A stretch of 64,000 bases of DNA from an uncultured Chloroflexia bacterium (GCA_963748625.1 CAVVJT010000007.1:32001-96000); one strand, 5' to 3'; counted from the first letter of the stretch, positions 1-10,062 are shown. Translations and numbers: made by a program. The notes: generated by a model not told the origin, from the sequence alone.

Positions 1-722
1 TGGACGCGACCCCCCGCGCGCGGCTCCTGTACCTGATGCCCGACTTCCACAACCCGATGGGCGTCACGCTCACGCTTGATCGACGACACCGGGTGCTGGA
101 GCTCGCGAACCGCTTCAACCTGCTCGTGGTCGAGGACTCGCCCTACCGCTCGCTCCGCTTCGACGGCGAGACGCTGCCCAGCCTCAAGAGCCTCGACACC
201 GAGGGCCGCGTCGTCTTCCTCGGCAGCTTCTCCAAGACCCTGGTCCCGGGGATGCGCCTGGGCTGGGCGGTCGGCGACGCGGACGTCATCGCGAAGCTCG
301 GGCTGCTCAAGCTCGCCGCGGACACGCAGACGAGCACGCTCAACATGGCGGCCGCGGCCGCGTTCCTCGAGCGCTTCGACCTCGACGCCCACATCGCCGT
401 CGTCAACAACGCCTACCGGCGCAAGCGCGACCTGATGCTGGGCCTGCTCGAGGAGCACCTCCCGCCGGCAGTCACGTTCACCCGACCCGAGGGCGGCCTG
501 TTCACCTGGCTGACATTCCCCGACGGGTTCGACGCCACCGCCTTCATGCGCGACGAGATGCTGCCGAAGGCGAAGGTCGCATTCGTGCCGGGGGCGACGT
601 TCTTCCCGGTGGTCCAGGAAGCGAACCACGCCCGGGTCAACTTCTCGGGCGTGTCCGAAGAGCAGATCGTGGAGGGCATCGGGCGGCTGACCGCACTCCT
701 GCGGCAGGCGCTGCCCGGGTAG
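1..722 (+). CDS. PLP-dependent aminotransferase class I/II (LysN/ARO8/MocR-type), 5'-truncated by the window edge
   Basis: Frame is open from position 3 (DATPRARLLYLMPDFHNPMG). Motifs PDFHNP, EDSPY, GSFSKTLVPGMRLGW (PLP Lys) and PEGGLFTW. Confidence 0.9.
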   Translation, partial: DATPRARLLYLMPDFHNPMGVTLTLDRRHRVLELANRFNLLVVEDSPYRSLRFDGETLPSLKSLDTEGRVVFLGSFSKTLVPGMRLGWAVGDADVIAKLGLLKLAADTQTSTLNMAAAAAFLERFDLDAHIAVVNNAYRRKRDLMLGLLEEHLPPAVTFTRPEGGLFTWLTFPDGFDATAFMRDEMLPKAKVAFVPGATFFPVVQEANHARVNFSGVSEEQIVEGIGRLTALLRQALPG

Positions 723-759
723 GGCCGGCCTGCGCGAGGCGCTGCCCGGGTAGGGCCGG
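706..759 (+). repeat. 23-bp direct repeat duplicating the aminotransferase 3' end and stop codon
   Basis: aggcgctgcccgggtagggccgg at 706-728 and 737-759. Confidence 0.85.
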
Positions 760-810
760 GCCCGCGCCACGACGCCTCCCCGGCAGCCCCGTTCCGGCGA
801 CAATCCCCGC

Positions 811-1980
811 ATGCCGAACCTGAACCAGGACCGCTACCGCACGCCCAACCCGCTGATCAGCCGGACCTCCACGGTCCTGTTCGACAACGTCGCGCACCTC
901 CGCCTCGCGCTCGAGGGCATGCGCACGGGCGACCCGGCAACGACGACGTACGGCACGTTCCGCACCCCGACGACCGCCGCCCTCGAGGAGCTGCTGCTCG
1001 ACGGTGAGGGCGGCGCGGGCGTGGCCCTGTCGCCTTCGGGTCTCGCGGCCATCGCCATAGGCCTGTTCGCCATGGTCAGGGCGGGCGGCCACCTCCTGGT
1101 CACCGATTCGGCCTACGGCCCCACGCGCGAGCTCTGCGACAACCTGCTCACCGGGCTCGGCGTGGACATCGAGTACTACGACCCGCTCATCGGCGCCGGG
1201 ATCGCGGACCTGGTCCGGCCGGCCACCACCGGGATCTGGCTCGAGAGCCCGGGCACCCACACCTTCGAGATCCAGGACATCCCGGCGATCGCGGCGGCCG
1301 CCCGCGGCGCGGACCACCCCGTCCTCACCGGCATCGACAACACCTGGGCGTCGCCGGGCTTCCTGCGCCCGTTCGAGCTGGGGATGGACATCTCGGCGGT
1401 GGCGCTGACCAAGTACTGGGGCGGCCACGCAGACCTGGTTGCGGGCGCGACGTTCGCCAACGAGGCCACGATGCCGGCGGTCAGGGCCGCCGCACGGAAC
1501 CTCGGGATGTGCCTCAACGGCGAGGACGCGTTCCTCGTGGCGCGCGGGGCGCGGACGGCGGGGATGCGGATCCGCGCCTGCGGCGAGGCCGCGCTCGACA
1601 TCGCGCGACGGCTGGCGGAGCACCCACGGGTGGGCCGGATCCTGCACCCGGCACTCCCCGGTGACCCGGGCCACGAGCTGTGGGCACGGGACTTCACGGG
1701 GGCCTCGGGGCTGTTCTCGTTCGAGCTCCTGGCATCCGACGGCTCGGCGGCGAGTGCGACCGACGTGGACACCTTCACGGACCGCCTGGTGGCGGGTGGG
1801 CATGTCGGACTCGGCTACTCCTGGGGTGGCTTCGAGTCATTGGTGATGCCGGCGCGCTACTCGGGTGTCAAGCGGTCGGTGCGACCGTGGACCGGCGGCG
1901 AGCTGATCCGGCTGCACATCGGGCTTGAGCCGGTGGACGAGCTGTGGGCTGACCTGGTGGCGGCGCTCGAGGCTTCCTGA
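811..1980 (+). CDS. metC: Cystathionine beta-lyase (Cys/Met metabolism PLP enzyme)
   Basis: PSGLAAI, DSAYGPTR, ESPGTHTFEIQD, DNTWA, ALTKYWGGHAD, GYSWGGFESL and IRLHIGLE are typical of MetC. Confidence 0.85.
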   Translation: MPNLNQDRYRTPNPLISRTSTVLFDNVAHLRLALEGMRTGDPATTTYGTFRTPTTAALEELLLDGEGGAGVALSPSGLAAIAIGLFAMVRAGGHLLVTDSAYGPTRELCDNLLTGLGVDIEYYDPLIGAGIADLVRPATTGIWLESPGTHTFEIQDIPAIAAAARGADHPVLTGIDNTWASPGFLRPFELGMDISAVALTKYWGGHADLVAGATFANEATMPAVRAAARNLGMCLNGEDAFLVARGARTAGMRIRACGEAALDIARRLAEHPRVGRILHPALPGDPGHELWARDFTGASGLFSFELLASDGSAASATDVDTFTDRLVAGGHVGLGYSWGGFESLVMPARYSGVKRSVRPWTGGELIRLHIGLEPVDELWADLVAALEAS

Positions 1981-2205
1981 CCGACGACCCGATGGGCGGC
2001 GTGGCCTCCCGCGCGGGCAATCCACGCTCGAATCGCCGCAACCTTGCCGCGGTGCGGTACCCTTCAGGCCTGCGCCGCTCCGCCCTGGAGCCGGCCAGCA
2101 CCTCCTGCCGGGAGGTGCGCACACGGCAGTCGGTGCGCCGGTAACGACGCGACCAGGTCGATGCGATCGGCGCTTGAGCACGTCCGGCAGCACAGGAGAT
2201 GTGTA

Positions 2206-2592
2206 TTGGCCCGCAAGCGCAAAGTGTTCTACCCGCCGTCCAAGAGCTCCAAGGGTGCTCCGCCCCCGGTGGCTCGCGTGCCGATCACCCCGCCCACCGT
2301 GGCCGTGATCAACCGCGACGCGATCCTTGGCCGGGCCAGCATCGCGGCCGGGATCTGGGCGACGATCGTGGGCACGGGCGCGAACGCCGGCGAGAGCGGG
2401 CGGGTCGAGAAGGTGGTGCCGGGGGTGATCCCCGCGGCCATCGTGCGCCTCGAGAGTGGCAAGACGCGGCGCGTGCGGACGGTCGACCTGATGCCGTCGT
2501 CGCAGCCGCAGCCCGCGACGCAGTCCACGCCCGCGACGCAGTCCACGCCCGCGACGCAGCCCACGTCGCAGTCCACGCCTGACGCGGGGTAG
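2206..2592 (+). CDS. Small basic protein with KOW/SH3-like segment and PATQST repeat tail
   Basis: TTG start 6 nt after AGGAGA. MARKRKVFYP..., IVGTGANAGESGRVEKV...AIVRLESGKTRRVRTVDL resembles a KOW motif. 18-bp tandem repeats at about 2512-2580. Confidence 0.55.
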   Translation: MARKRKVFYPPSKSSKGAPPPVARVPITPPTVAVINRDAILGRASIAAGIWATIVGTGANAGESGRVEKVVPGVIPAAIVRLESGKTRRVRTVDLMPSSQPQPATQSTPATQSTPATQPTSQSTPDAG

Positions 2593-2640
2593 CCCGACGG
2601 GCTTCCGGTTGCCGCGGCCGGTCCCGGCCCAGGCCGGGCG

Positions 2641-4131
2641 TCAGCCCTCCCGGTCGAGCGCCTGTCCGAACGCGAGCACGGCGTCCACCAGCCCGTCCAC
2701 CTCGGCCTCGGTCGTGCGCGGGTTGATGAAGCAGGGCCGGATCGCCAGGCGGCCATCGACCACTGTTGACGACGGCACAAGGCCTGTCTCGCCACGGAGG
2801 CGCTCGAGGATCCGCCGGTTCCGGGCGTCCACCTCGTCGGAGCGGATGCCGGGCGCCGCGCCGTCGGGCAGGTACCGGAAGCAGGCCACGGACAGCTGCG
2901 GTTCCATCAGGAGCTCCAGCCTCGGCTCCTCGAGTGCCCGGTCGGCGACGTGGCGGGCGAACCCGACATGGCGCCGGATGCGGTCAACCACCCCACCCCG
3001 CCCGATCTCGCGCAGGGTCGCCCACACGATGACGCCCCGAGTGGGCGACGAGAGTTCGACACCCTGGTCCGCCCAGCGGCCCCCGAACCCGTCGAACTGG
3101 GACACGGCGGTCTCGTGCGCCCCGGAGAGCGAGCCCTCAAGGTAGGCCGCATCGCCCTCCGCGAATGCGCGCGTGAGGACGTCGGCATCCCGCACGAAGG
3201 TGGCCCCGATGCCCACGCCGGTCGCGAGCCACTTGTGCGGATCGACGATCCAGGAGTCTGCCTCCTGGACGCCCGCGAACAGGCCGGCCAGGTGCGGGTC
3301 CGCGTTCGCGATGAGGCCGTAGGCGCCGTCCACGTGGAGCCACGTGCCGAACCTGCGGGCGATGGCGGCGGCCTCGTCGATCCGGTCCACGGACCCCGTG
3401 TCCGTGGTGCCGCCGAGCGCGACGACCGCGATCGGGGTGATCCCGTCGCGACCGTCCGCGACGAGCGCGGCCTCCAGCTCGTCGAGGCGCACCCGGCCGT
3501 CGGCGTCCACGGGGATCATGGTCACGGCCTGCCGCCCCAGGCCCAGCACGGCCGCGGCGCGGTGCACGGTCCGGTGGGCCAGCGCCGACGCGTAGATGCG
3601 GCCGCGGAACCCGGCCGGGTGACCGTCCTCCCCGGCGTCGACGCCCAACCGCTCCAGCGCCGCCTGGCGGGCCGCGCCCAGGGCGACAAGGTTCGCGGTG
3701 GAGCCGCCCGACGAGTACACGCCGGCGACGCCGTCCGGGAGGCCGCAGACGTCGGCGAGCCAGCGCAGCGACGCGTGCTCGAGCGCGTTGAACGAGTGGA
3801 GCATGTAGCGCTGGCCGCCCACCACGGCCACGGCCCCTGCGGCGGCGGCGGGCACGGTCGCGGCGCCGGTGGTGATGAACCCGGTGAACCCAGGCGCGCT
3901 GATGCGGTTCGCGTCGGCCATCATGGCCGCCAGCTCGTCGAGCGTGGCCTCCAGCCCCGCGCCCGCCTCGGGCAGCGACAGGCCGGGCGCCCAGTCCGGC
4001 GGCGGCGTGAAGGCGCGGAATGGCGGGTTGGCGTGGCCCTCCGTGAAGGCATCGAACGCGGGAGCGAGACGGGCGAAGGCCTCGGCCATGCGCTCGATCT
4101 CGGCGGGCTCGGGCGGCAACGATGACGGCAT
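2641..4131 (-). CDS. Group II PLP-dependent decarboxylase (aromatic amino acid/glutamate decarboxylase family)
   Basis: SGGSTANL, GTTDTGSVD, WLHVDGAYG, DSWIVDPHKWL (PLP Lys) and RPCFINPRT. Confidence 0.9.
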   Translation of the reverse strand: MPSSLPPEPAEIERMAEAFARLAPAFDAFTEGHANPPFRAFTPPPDWAPGLSLPEAGAGLEATLDELAAMMADANRISAPGFTGFITTGAATVPAAAAGAVAVVGGQRYMLHSFNALEHASLRWLADVCGLPDGVAGVYSSGGSTANLVALGAARQAALERLGVDAGEDGHPAGFRGRIYASALAHRTVHRAAAVLGLGRQAVTMIPVDADGRVRLDELEAALVADGRDGITPIAVVALGGTTDTGSVDRIDEAAAIARRFGTWLHVDGAYGLIANADPHLAGLFAGVQEADSWIVDPHKWLATGVGIGATFVRDADVLTRAFAEGDAAYLEGSLSGAHETAVSQFDGFGGRWADQGVELSSPTRGVIVWATLREIGRGGVVDRIRRHVGFARHVADRALEEPRLELLMEPQLSVACFRYLPDGAAPGIRSDEVDARNRRILERLRGETGLVPSSTVVDGRLAIRPCFINPRTTEAEVDGLVDAVLAFGQALDREG

Positions 4132-4283
4132 GGGCGGCAGTGTGCCCGATCAGCCCGTCGAGGGCGAGTGATGTCACATGTCTGCAATGCGACACGGGTC
4201 GCCCATTGCGGATGACACCTCGCGGCGCCGTCCGGTCTACGATGCGCAACGACATCGGAATGACGTACGGAGGGAGAACCCCA

Positions 4284-4748
4284 GTGACACTTGGACCGCT
4301 CGAGTACATCGTTGTCGGCTTTGCCGGCAACAACTTCGACGGCAGCATCGCTGACGAGATCGGCCGGGCCGTCGAGAGCGGCACCATCCGCCTGGTCGAC
4401 CTGGTCTTCATCGGCAAGGATGAGGCGGGCAACGCCACCATCCTCGAGGTGGACCTGAAGGCCGACCCGCGCTTCAGGGGCTTCGCGAGCCTGCTCGAGG
4501 GCACCGCCGGCCTGTTCACCGAGGAGGACGTCGTCGCGATCGCGGAGACCATCCCGAGCAACATGGCTGCGCTGGCACTGCTGTTCGAGCACAAGTGGGC
4601 CGTCCACATCAAGGCGGCCATGCAGCGCGCGAACGGCTTCCTCATCTCCCGGACGGTCATCGCCCCGGAGATCATCGAGGAGATCGACGCGGAGCTCGAG
4701 GCCGCGCAGGCCGACGTCGCCGCCAAGGCCCTCGGCACCGGCGCCTGA
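4284..4748 (+). CDS. DUF6325/DUF1269-type protein
   Basis: GTG start after GGAGGGAG. GPLEYIVVGF, GTIRLVDLVFIGKD and ALLFEHKWA; neighbours a SHOCT gene as usual for this family. Confidence 0.75.
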   Translation: MTLGPLEYIVVGFAGNNFDGSIADEIGRAVESGTIRLVDLVFIGKDEAGNATILEVDLKADPRFRGFASLLEGTAGLFTEEDVVAIAETIPSNMAALALLFEHKWAVHIKAAMQRANGFLISRTVIAPEIIEEIDAELEAAQADVAAKALGTGA

Positions 4749-4805
4749 GCGCAACCTCGGCACCAGACCTGATCACCGCCTGACCACTCGCAAGGAGTCA
4801 TCACG

Positions 4806-5134
4806 ATGATGATGCGCCGCCGCGGTGCCCCGCTCATGCGGGCCGCCGCCACCACCGCCGTCGTCGCCGGGACCGCCGGTGCCGTCCACCACCACCAGGA
4901 GCAGAAGTACGCCAACCAGGCTGCCCAGCAGCAGGCCGAGCCAGCAGGCGTACGAGGCCGGCGTCGCTGCGCCCAGCAGCAGGCTGCCGCGAGCCGGCTC
5001 CCGTGGCCGTCGAGGCCCCGGCCGCCGGCGGCATCGACATGGAGCAGCTCAAGCAGCTGGGCGAGCTCCACACCGCCGGTGTCCTGTCCGACGAGGAGTT
5101 CGCGGCCGCCAAGGCGAAGCTCCTGGGCATCTAG
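4806..5134 (+). CDS. SHOCT domain-containing protein (apparent frameshifts near 4940-4995)
   Basis: RBS AAGGAG. N-terminus MMMRRRGAPLMRAAATTAVVAGTAGAV. C-terminus in another frame reads MEQLKQLGELHTAGVLSDEEFAAAKAKLLGI-stop (SHOCT). Confidence 0.8.
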
Positions 5135-5158
5135 CCCTCCGCTTCCCCGCACCGCACA

Positions 5159-5183
5159 GAGCCCCCGGCCCAGCCGGGGGCTC
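5159..5183. terminator. GC-rich hairpin after SHOCT gene (probable intrinsic terminator)
   Basis: gagcccccggc-cca-gccgggggctc, 11-bp perfect stem, no strong U tract. Confidence 0.55.
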
Positions 5184-5273
5184 GTCGATTCCCGGTCAGC
5201 GTCGTGCGGCCCTGTCGACGGCGTCGTGCGCCCCGGGTACCCGGGACCGGCGCACAGCCCTGTCTGCGAGTTG

Positions 5274-5386
5274 CGCCCCACGTGGGGGCCAGATCCGAAC
5301 GTCGCACGCACGAGCCGGGCTCGAAACCCGCCCTTTGGCACGCAGACCACGCTCAGCGGGCCTCGAAACGGCCCACACGTGGGGCG
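5274..5386. repeat. 113-bp REP/MITE-like element, copy 1
   Basis: Ends cgccccacgtgggggcc ... ggcccacacgtggggcg form ~17-bp terminal inverted repeats; colinear with the copy at 9950-10062. Confidence 0.75.
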
Positions 5387-5542
5387 AGTGCAGGAATGAC
5401 CCCGGCCGGCGGGCACGCGGGGCGGGGCTCCGGCAGGGCGGCCCGCCACGCACCCGGCGGGCGCTGCGCGGCCCGCAGCGGCCCGTCGCCGGACCCGGCC
5501 GCACCACGCGGCCGCGCCACGCCCCGGTCAACGGCGCGCGGC

Positions 5543-7711
5543 CTACGTCCTGTCGTCGCGCCCGAACAGCATCCGGAACAGCACCACGAAGCTGACCACC
5601 AGCACCACCGCGAACGCCATCATCGCGGCGTACGCGAAGCCCACGTACTGGTCCTGACCCGGCTGCAGCAGGATCGCCATCACGATCGCCGTGCCGATCA
5701 ACTGGCCCACCACCACGATGCCCGCCGTCGCCTGGCGGGCCAGGCCGCTCACCCGGTCAACGGACCGGTTCAGCTCGGTCGTGTCCAGCTCCACCGTCAC
5801 CTTGCCGCGGTTGAACATGTCGAACCACTTGAGGGCGGCCGTCTCCACGTTCGGGACGCGCCTGGCCATCTCCTTGCCGATGCGCACGGCAGACGACTGC
5901 ACCTGGGCGATGACCCGGTCCGGCTCCAGCATCTCGATCATGGCGGCCTGCGCCTCCACCATCGCCGCCTCACCCATGTCGATCGAGGGCGACAGCGCGG
6001 TCGCGGTCTCCTCGGCCTGGATGACAGCCTTGATCGCGAGCGTCAGCGAGGAGTCCAGCCGGAGCCCGTTGTTGAACACCGCACCCATGAAGCCCGACAG
6101 CGCCCCGCCGATGGACGTCACCCCGCCGTAGACCAGGTACTGCCGGCCGAGCCGGTCGATGTCGGTCCGGAACTGCTTCTCGTCGAACTCCGGCGTGGGC
6201 TTGCCCAGGCCGATCAGGCCGTCCGCGATGCCCGGGATGTCCTTGGACTTGACGGCGTAGACGAGGCCCAGCAGGTCCACCCGCTGCTGTCCCTCGAGCT
6301 GGCCGATCAGCCCCAGGTCGAGGAAGACCAGCCGCTTGCTGGCAGGGTCGGCGAAGACGTTGCCCGGGTGCGGATCGCCATGGAAGAACCCGTCGATCAT
6401 GATCTGCTTGATGACCGAGCGGATGAACACCGCGCCGAGCAGGTCCGTGTCGAAACCGGCCTCGCGCAGCGTGTCGGCCTTGCTGATCTTGATGCCATGG
6501 ATGAACTCCATGGTCAGGACGCGGACGCCGGAGTAGGCGTCGTAGATCTCCGGGACGTGGACCTCGGGGAAGCGACGCATGTTGTCGGCCAGGCGCTTCG
6601 CGTGGTAGGCCTCGTTGGTGTAGTCGAGCTCCTTGAGGACGCCGCCCGCGAACTCGACCACCATGGCCTTGACGCCCACCTTGCGCGCCAGCCCGATCCG
6701 CCGCTCCGCGATCCCGGCGAGCTCGGTGATGACGCCGAGATCCGCCTTGGTCTTGGCCAGGATCTGGGGGCGCTGGACCTTGACCGCCACCTCGGTGCCG
6801 TCGTGGAGCGTGGCCCGGTGCACCTGCGCGGTGGATGCCGCCGCGAACGGCTCAGGATCGAAGCTCGCGAACAACTCCTCGGGGTATCGGCCGAGCTCGG
6901 CCTTCACGACCTCGCGCGCTTCCTCCGCCGGGAACGGCGCCGCCTCGCTCTGGAGCTTCGAGAGCTCAGCGAGCAGGTCCGGCGGCAACGCATCGCCCCG
7001 GCTGGCGATCATCTGGCCGATCTTCACGTAGGTGGGACCGAGCTGCTGGAGGATCAGCCGGAGGCGCTCGCCCGAGCTGACGTCCTGGAGGATGTCGTCC
7101 TCCTTGAGCACGACCTCGGAGAACTTGCGGCGGAACCCGGCCAGCGGCGTCCTGGCGAGGGCGGAGTCGACCGCGACCGCGAAGACGATGTCGTAGACCT
7201 GCTGCAGGCGCAGGTTCTCGATCACCATGTTGCGGCGCGGTGTGGGGATCGACTCCAGGGCCTTCCACATGGAAAGGGTCATCCTGCCCGTGTGCAGGTG
7301 CGGGCGGTTGAGGCCCAGGACCGCCGAGGCAGCGCCCTTGAGCAGGCTGTAGAGGGCCGCGAAGACGATGAGCCAGAGTACTTGGGGCTGGGCCGCGATC
7401 ACGATCTCGGGAGCCAGGAAGGTCGCGGCCCAGATCACGAGCGCGTTCACGATCACGATGAACAGGCCCATCGTGGACAGCAGCAGCCGGCCGGTGAAGG
7501 CGACCACGACCGGCCGGACGATGTGCTCCGACAGCACGAGGAAGACGCCCGTGACGATCAGCGCGGGGATCCCCTTGCCCGCCGTCTGGAACATGGGCAT
7601 CCAGTCCGGCCCGAAGGGGAAGGGCTGGGGAACGGTGATCAGGCTCAGCGTGAACAGCGTGAGGACGACGACGATGGACTGGACAACGACCTCGACCAGG
7701 AAACGGCGCAT
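5543..7711 (-). CDS. ABC1/UbiB-family atypical kinase with N-terminal phage-holin-4 (YvlD)-like membrane domain
   Basis: LGPTYVKIGQ, AAASTAQVH, VAVKVQRP, ELDY, FFHGDPHPGN, FLDLGLIG. The N-terminal VRPVVVAFTGRLLLSTMGLFIVIVNALV resembles YvlD. Two C-terminal TM helices. Confidence 0.85.
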   Translation of the reverse strand: MRRFLVEVVVQSIVVVLTLFTLSLITVPQPFPFGPDWMPMFQTAGKGIPALIVTGVFLVLSEHIVRPVVVAFTGRLLLSTMGLFIVIVNALVIWAATFLAPEIVIAAQPQVLWLIVFAALYSLLKGAASAVLGLNRPHLHTGRMTLSMWKALESIPTPRRNMVIENLRLQQVYDIVFAVAVDSALARTPLAGFRRKFSEVVLKEDDILQDVSSGERLRLILQQLGPTYVKIGQMIASRGDALPPDLLAELSKLQSEAAPFPAEEAREVVKAELGRYPEELFASFDPEPFAAASTAQVHRATLHDGTEVAVKVQRPQILAKTKADLGVITELAGIAERRIGLARKVGVKAMVVEFAGGVLKELDYTNEAYHAKRLADNMRRFPEVHVPEIYDAYSGVRVLTMEFIHGIKISKADTLREAGFDTDLLGAVFIRSVIKQIMIDGFFHGDPHPGNVFADPASKRLVFLDLGLIGQLEGQQRVDLLGLVYAVKSKDIPGIADGLIGLGKPTPEFDEKQFRTDIDRLGRQYLVYGGVTSIGGALSGFMGAVFNNGLRLDSSLTLAIKAVIQAEETATALSPSIDMGEAAMVEAQAAMIEMLEPDRVIAQVQSSAVRIGKEMARRVPNVETAALKWFDMFNRGKVTVELDTTELNRSVDRVSGLARQATAGIVVVGQLIGTAIVMAILLQPGQDQYVGFAYAAMMAFAVVLVVSFVVLFRMLFGRDDRT

Positions 7712-7957
7712 CAGCGGTCAACCTCCGATTGAGAGCGCACGGCCCCATCGGCCCGCGGCGCCTTCGTCCACGTGGGCACTCGACGTCTCCCCATGCGGGA
7801 CTCGTGGCGATCGTGATCCATCATGCCGGATCGCTCATCACCGGTGATCGTCCTCCCGCGCGACGGGCCTGCCATCCTGCGATCCGGGTGACGCGCGCGT
7901 GACGCGGGTGCGGCACACTCCCGGTGCGACCCCGAGTTGGTGAGCGAGAGGACGACG

Positions 7958-8878
7958 ATGACCGACGAGACGCAGGTGGACGTGCCGACAGCCGACGTGC
8001 CGGAGGTGCCCACGCCCCCGGCGGAAGCGGGGCCTGCCGCGGCATCCGCAACGCCCGAGGCGCCTGCTCCGGCATCCGTCACGGCAGCCGCAGCGACCAC
8101 GGCACCCAAGCGCCGCCGGAGGCTGGGCGGGGTCGGCCAGGTCGTCGGCGTCATCGGCTTCGTGCTGAGCCTGGTGCTGGCGTTCGGCGCGCTCGCCGGG
8201 TCGGCGTGGCTCACGGGGCAGATCGAAGCTGTCGCGGTAACCGTGGACGCGCGCATCGCCGACGGCCAGCCCAAGCTCGACACGCTGTCCGCCAAGGTCG
8301 CCGAGATCAAGGTGACCGTGGACGACGTGGTCGCCCTCGCCGACGGTGCCGCACAGGCGACCGCGCCCGCGGACGGCCTCATCGCCGGCCTGCGCGACCG
8401 CCTCGACGGGCTCGCGAACCGCTACACCGAGCTGCGCACCGCCTACACCGACCTGCGTGAGAAGGTGACCGGCGCCCTGAGCAGCCTGCAGCTGCTGGAG
8501 CGGGTGATCCCTGGCTTCACCGTTCCCCAGGGGCCGATGGAGGCGCTCGCCGCGCTCGACGCCCGGGTGCAGGAGCTCGACACCGCGATCACCGGCGTCC
8601 TGGACACCAAGTTCGACGGGACACCCCTGCGCGACGCGGCTGCGCTCGTGTCCGAGAAGGTCGGCATGGTCTCGACCGGCCTCGGGACGGTGGTGGGCGT
8701 CATCGATGACACCAGCGCCAAGCTCACCCAGGCGCGCGCCGACATCACGGCGGCAGTCTCGCAACTGACCTCGTACATCATGATCGGCGGGGTGCTGGTC
8801 ATGCTGCTCTTCCTCTACATGGCCTTCCTCCACTGGGTCCTGTTCCGGACGTCGCGCGCGGTCGGCCGCAGCGGCTGA
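7958..8878 (+). CDS. Membrane protein with long amphipathic/coiled-coil region between two TM segments
   Basis: RBS GAGAGGA, ATG at 7958. Pro/Ala-rich N-terminus, TM, helical heptads, C-terminal TM. Confidence 0.65.
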   Translation: MTDETQVDVPTADVPEVPTPPAEAGPAAASATPEAPAPASVTAAAATTAPKRRRRLGGVGQVVGVIGFVLSLVLAFGALAGSAWLTGQIEAVAVTVDARIADGQPKLDTLSAKVAEIKVTVDDVVALADGAAQATAPADGLIAGLRDRLDGLANRYTELRTAYTDLREKVTGALSSLQLLERVIPGFTVPQGPMEALAALDARVQELDTAITGVLDTKFDGTPLRDAAALVSEKVGMVSTGLGTVVGVIDDTSAKLTQARADITAAVSQLTSYIMIGGVLVMLLFLYMAFLHWVLFRTSRAVGRSG

Positions 8879-8891
8879 TGACCGCTCCGGC

Positions 8892-9842
8892 ATGAGCGAC
8901 CGCGCGACGCTCATCGTCAGCCCGCTCGCCTCGCGCATCCGTGACGAGGACGCGCGCCGGCGGGTCGTCGACGGTGTCCGGGCCGCGGTCGCGCGTCGAG
9001 GCATCGACGACCTCGGGGTCGTGGAGACGGGCGTGCCCGCCGAGATCCGGACTGCCGCGGCGACCGCGGTGGCCGATGGGACGGCGCTGGTCGTGATCGC
9101 GGGCGGCGACGGCACCGTCCGCGACGCCTCGGCGCCGTTGACCGCGAGCGGCGTCCCCGTCGGCATCGTCCCCTGCGGCACGGGCAACCTGTTCGCCACC
9201 GCCGTCCGCCTGCCCCGCGACATCGGCAAAGCGATCGCCGCTCTGGAGACCGGCACGCCGACGCCGTTCGACGCGGCGCAGGTCCGGCTGCTCGGGGCAC
9301 TCGGGCCGGAGGCCGAGGACACCGACGTCGGTCCGGTGCCGTTCGTGGTTGCCTGCGGCACGGGGTTCGACGCCCGGATGATCGCCGGCACCAGCCGCGA
9401 GATGAAGCGGCGGTACGGCGTCGCCGCGTACTTCCTCACCGCGAGCAAGCTGCTGGGGAGCCTGGCCCCGGCGCCCACGCGGATCACCGTGGACGGTGAG
9501 ACGCTCGAGCTGACCTCCGTGGTGGCGCTGATCGCCAACTGCGGCGAGGTGGTCCCCGGCGTGCTCCGGCCCCGCCTGCCCGTCGAGGCCGACGACGGCC
9601 TGCTCCACGTGTTCGTGCTGCCCATGGGGGGCATCGTGGGCGGGGCGCGCGGGGTGCTCGAGCTCCTCATGGCTGAGAGCGGCGGAATCTCCCCGTCGGG
9701 TGCGGCGGCGAGGCTCGCGGGCACCCACGTCCGGATCGAGGTGGACCCGGTCGCTCCGACACAGGTGGACGGGGATGCATTTCCGGCGGCCGGCCTGGAG
9801 GCCACGATCACGCCGGGCGGACTCCTGGTGGTGCGGGCGTAG
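8892..9842 (+). CDS. Diacylglycerol kinase family lipid kinase (YegS/BmrU-like)
   Basis: AGGDGTV, GIVPCGTGNLFA, GTGFDA, DDGLLHV and QVDGD. Confidence 0.9.
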   Translation: MSDRATLIVSPLASRIRDEDARRRVVDGVRAAVARRGIDDLGVVETGVPAEIRTAAATAVADGTALVVIAGGDGTVRDASAPLTASGVPVGIVPCGTGNLFATAVRLPRDIGKAIAALETGTPTPFDAAQVRLLGALGPEAEDTDVGPVPFVVACGTGFDARMIAGTSREMKRRYGVAAYFLTASKLLGSLAPAPTRITVDGETLELTSVVALIANCGEVVPGVLRPRLPVEADDGLLHVFVLPMGGIVGGARGVLELLMAESGGISPSGAAARLAGTHVRIEVDPVAPTQVDGDAFPAAGLEATITPGGLLVVRA

Positions 9843-9949
9843 CCGACCGCCGGGCCCGGGTGCCGCGGGTGGACCCGGCCCGGGGGCCGGGGCCGGGTGG
9901 ACCCGCGACGCGGGTGCCGCAGGGGCCGCAGGGGCCGCACCTCCCCGGT

Positions 9950-10062
9950 TGCCCCACCTGGGGGCCGAATCCCGGGGTTTCGTGCGGGCCATGCGCGAGG
10001 AAGTCGACCTTTCCAGCGCAGTCCGTGCGTGGCCGGCCGCGAAACGGCCCCCACGTGGGGCG
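9950..10062. repeat. 113-bp REP/MITE-like element, copy 2
   Basis: tgccccacctgggggcc ... cgaaacggcccccacgtggggcg; same length as, and ungapped alignment with, copy 1. Confidence 0.75.
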
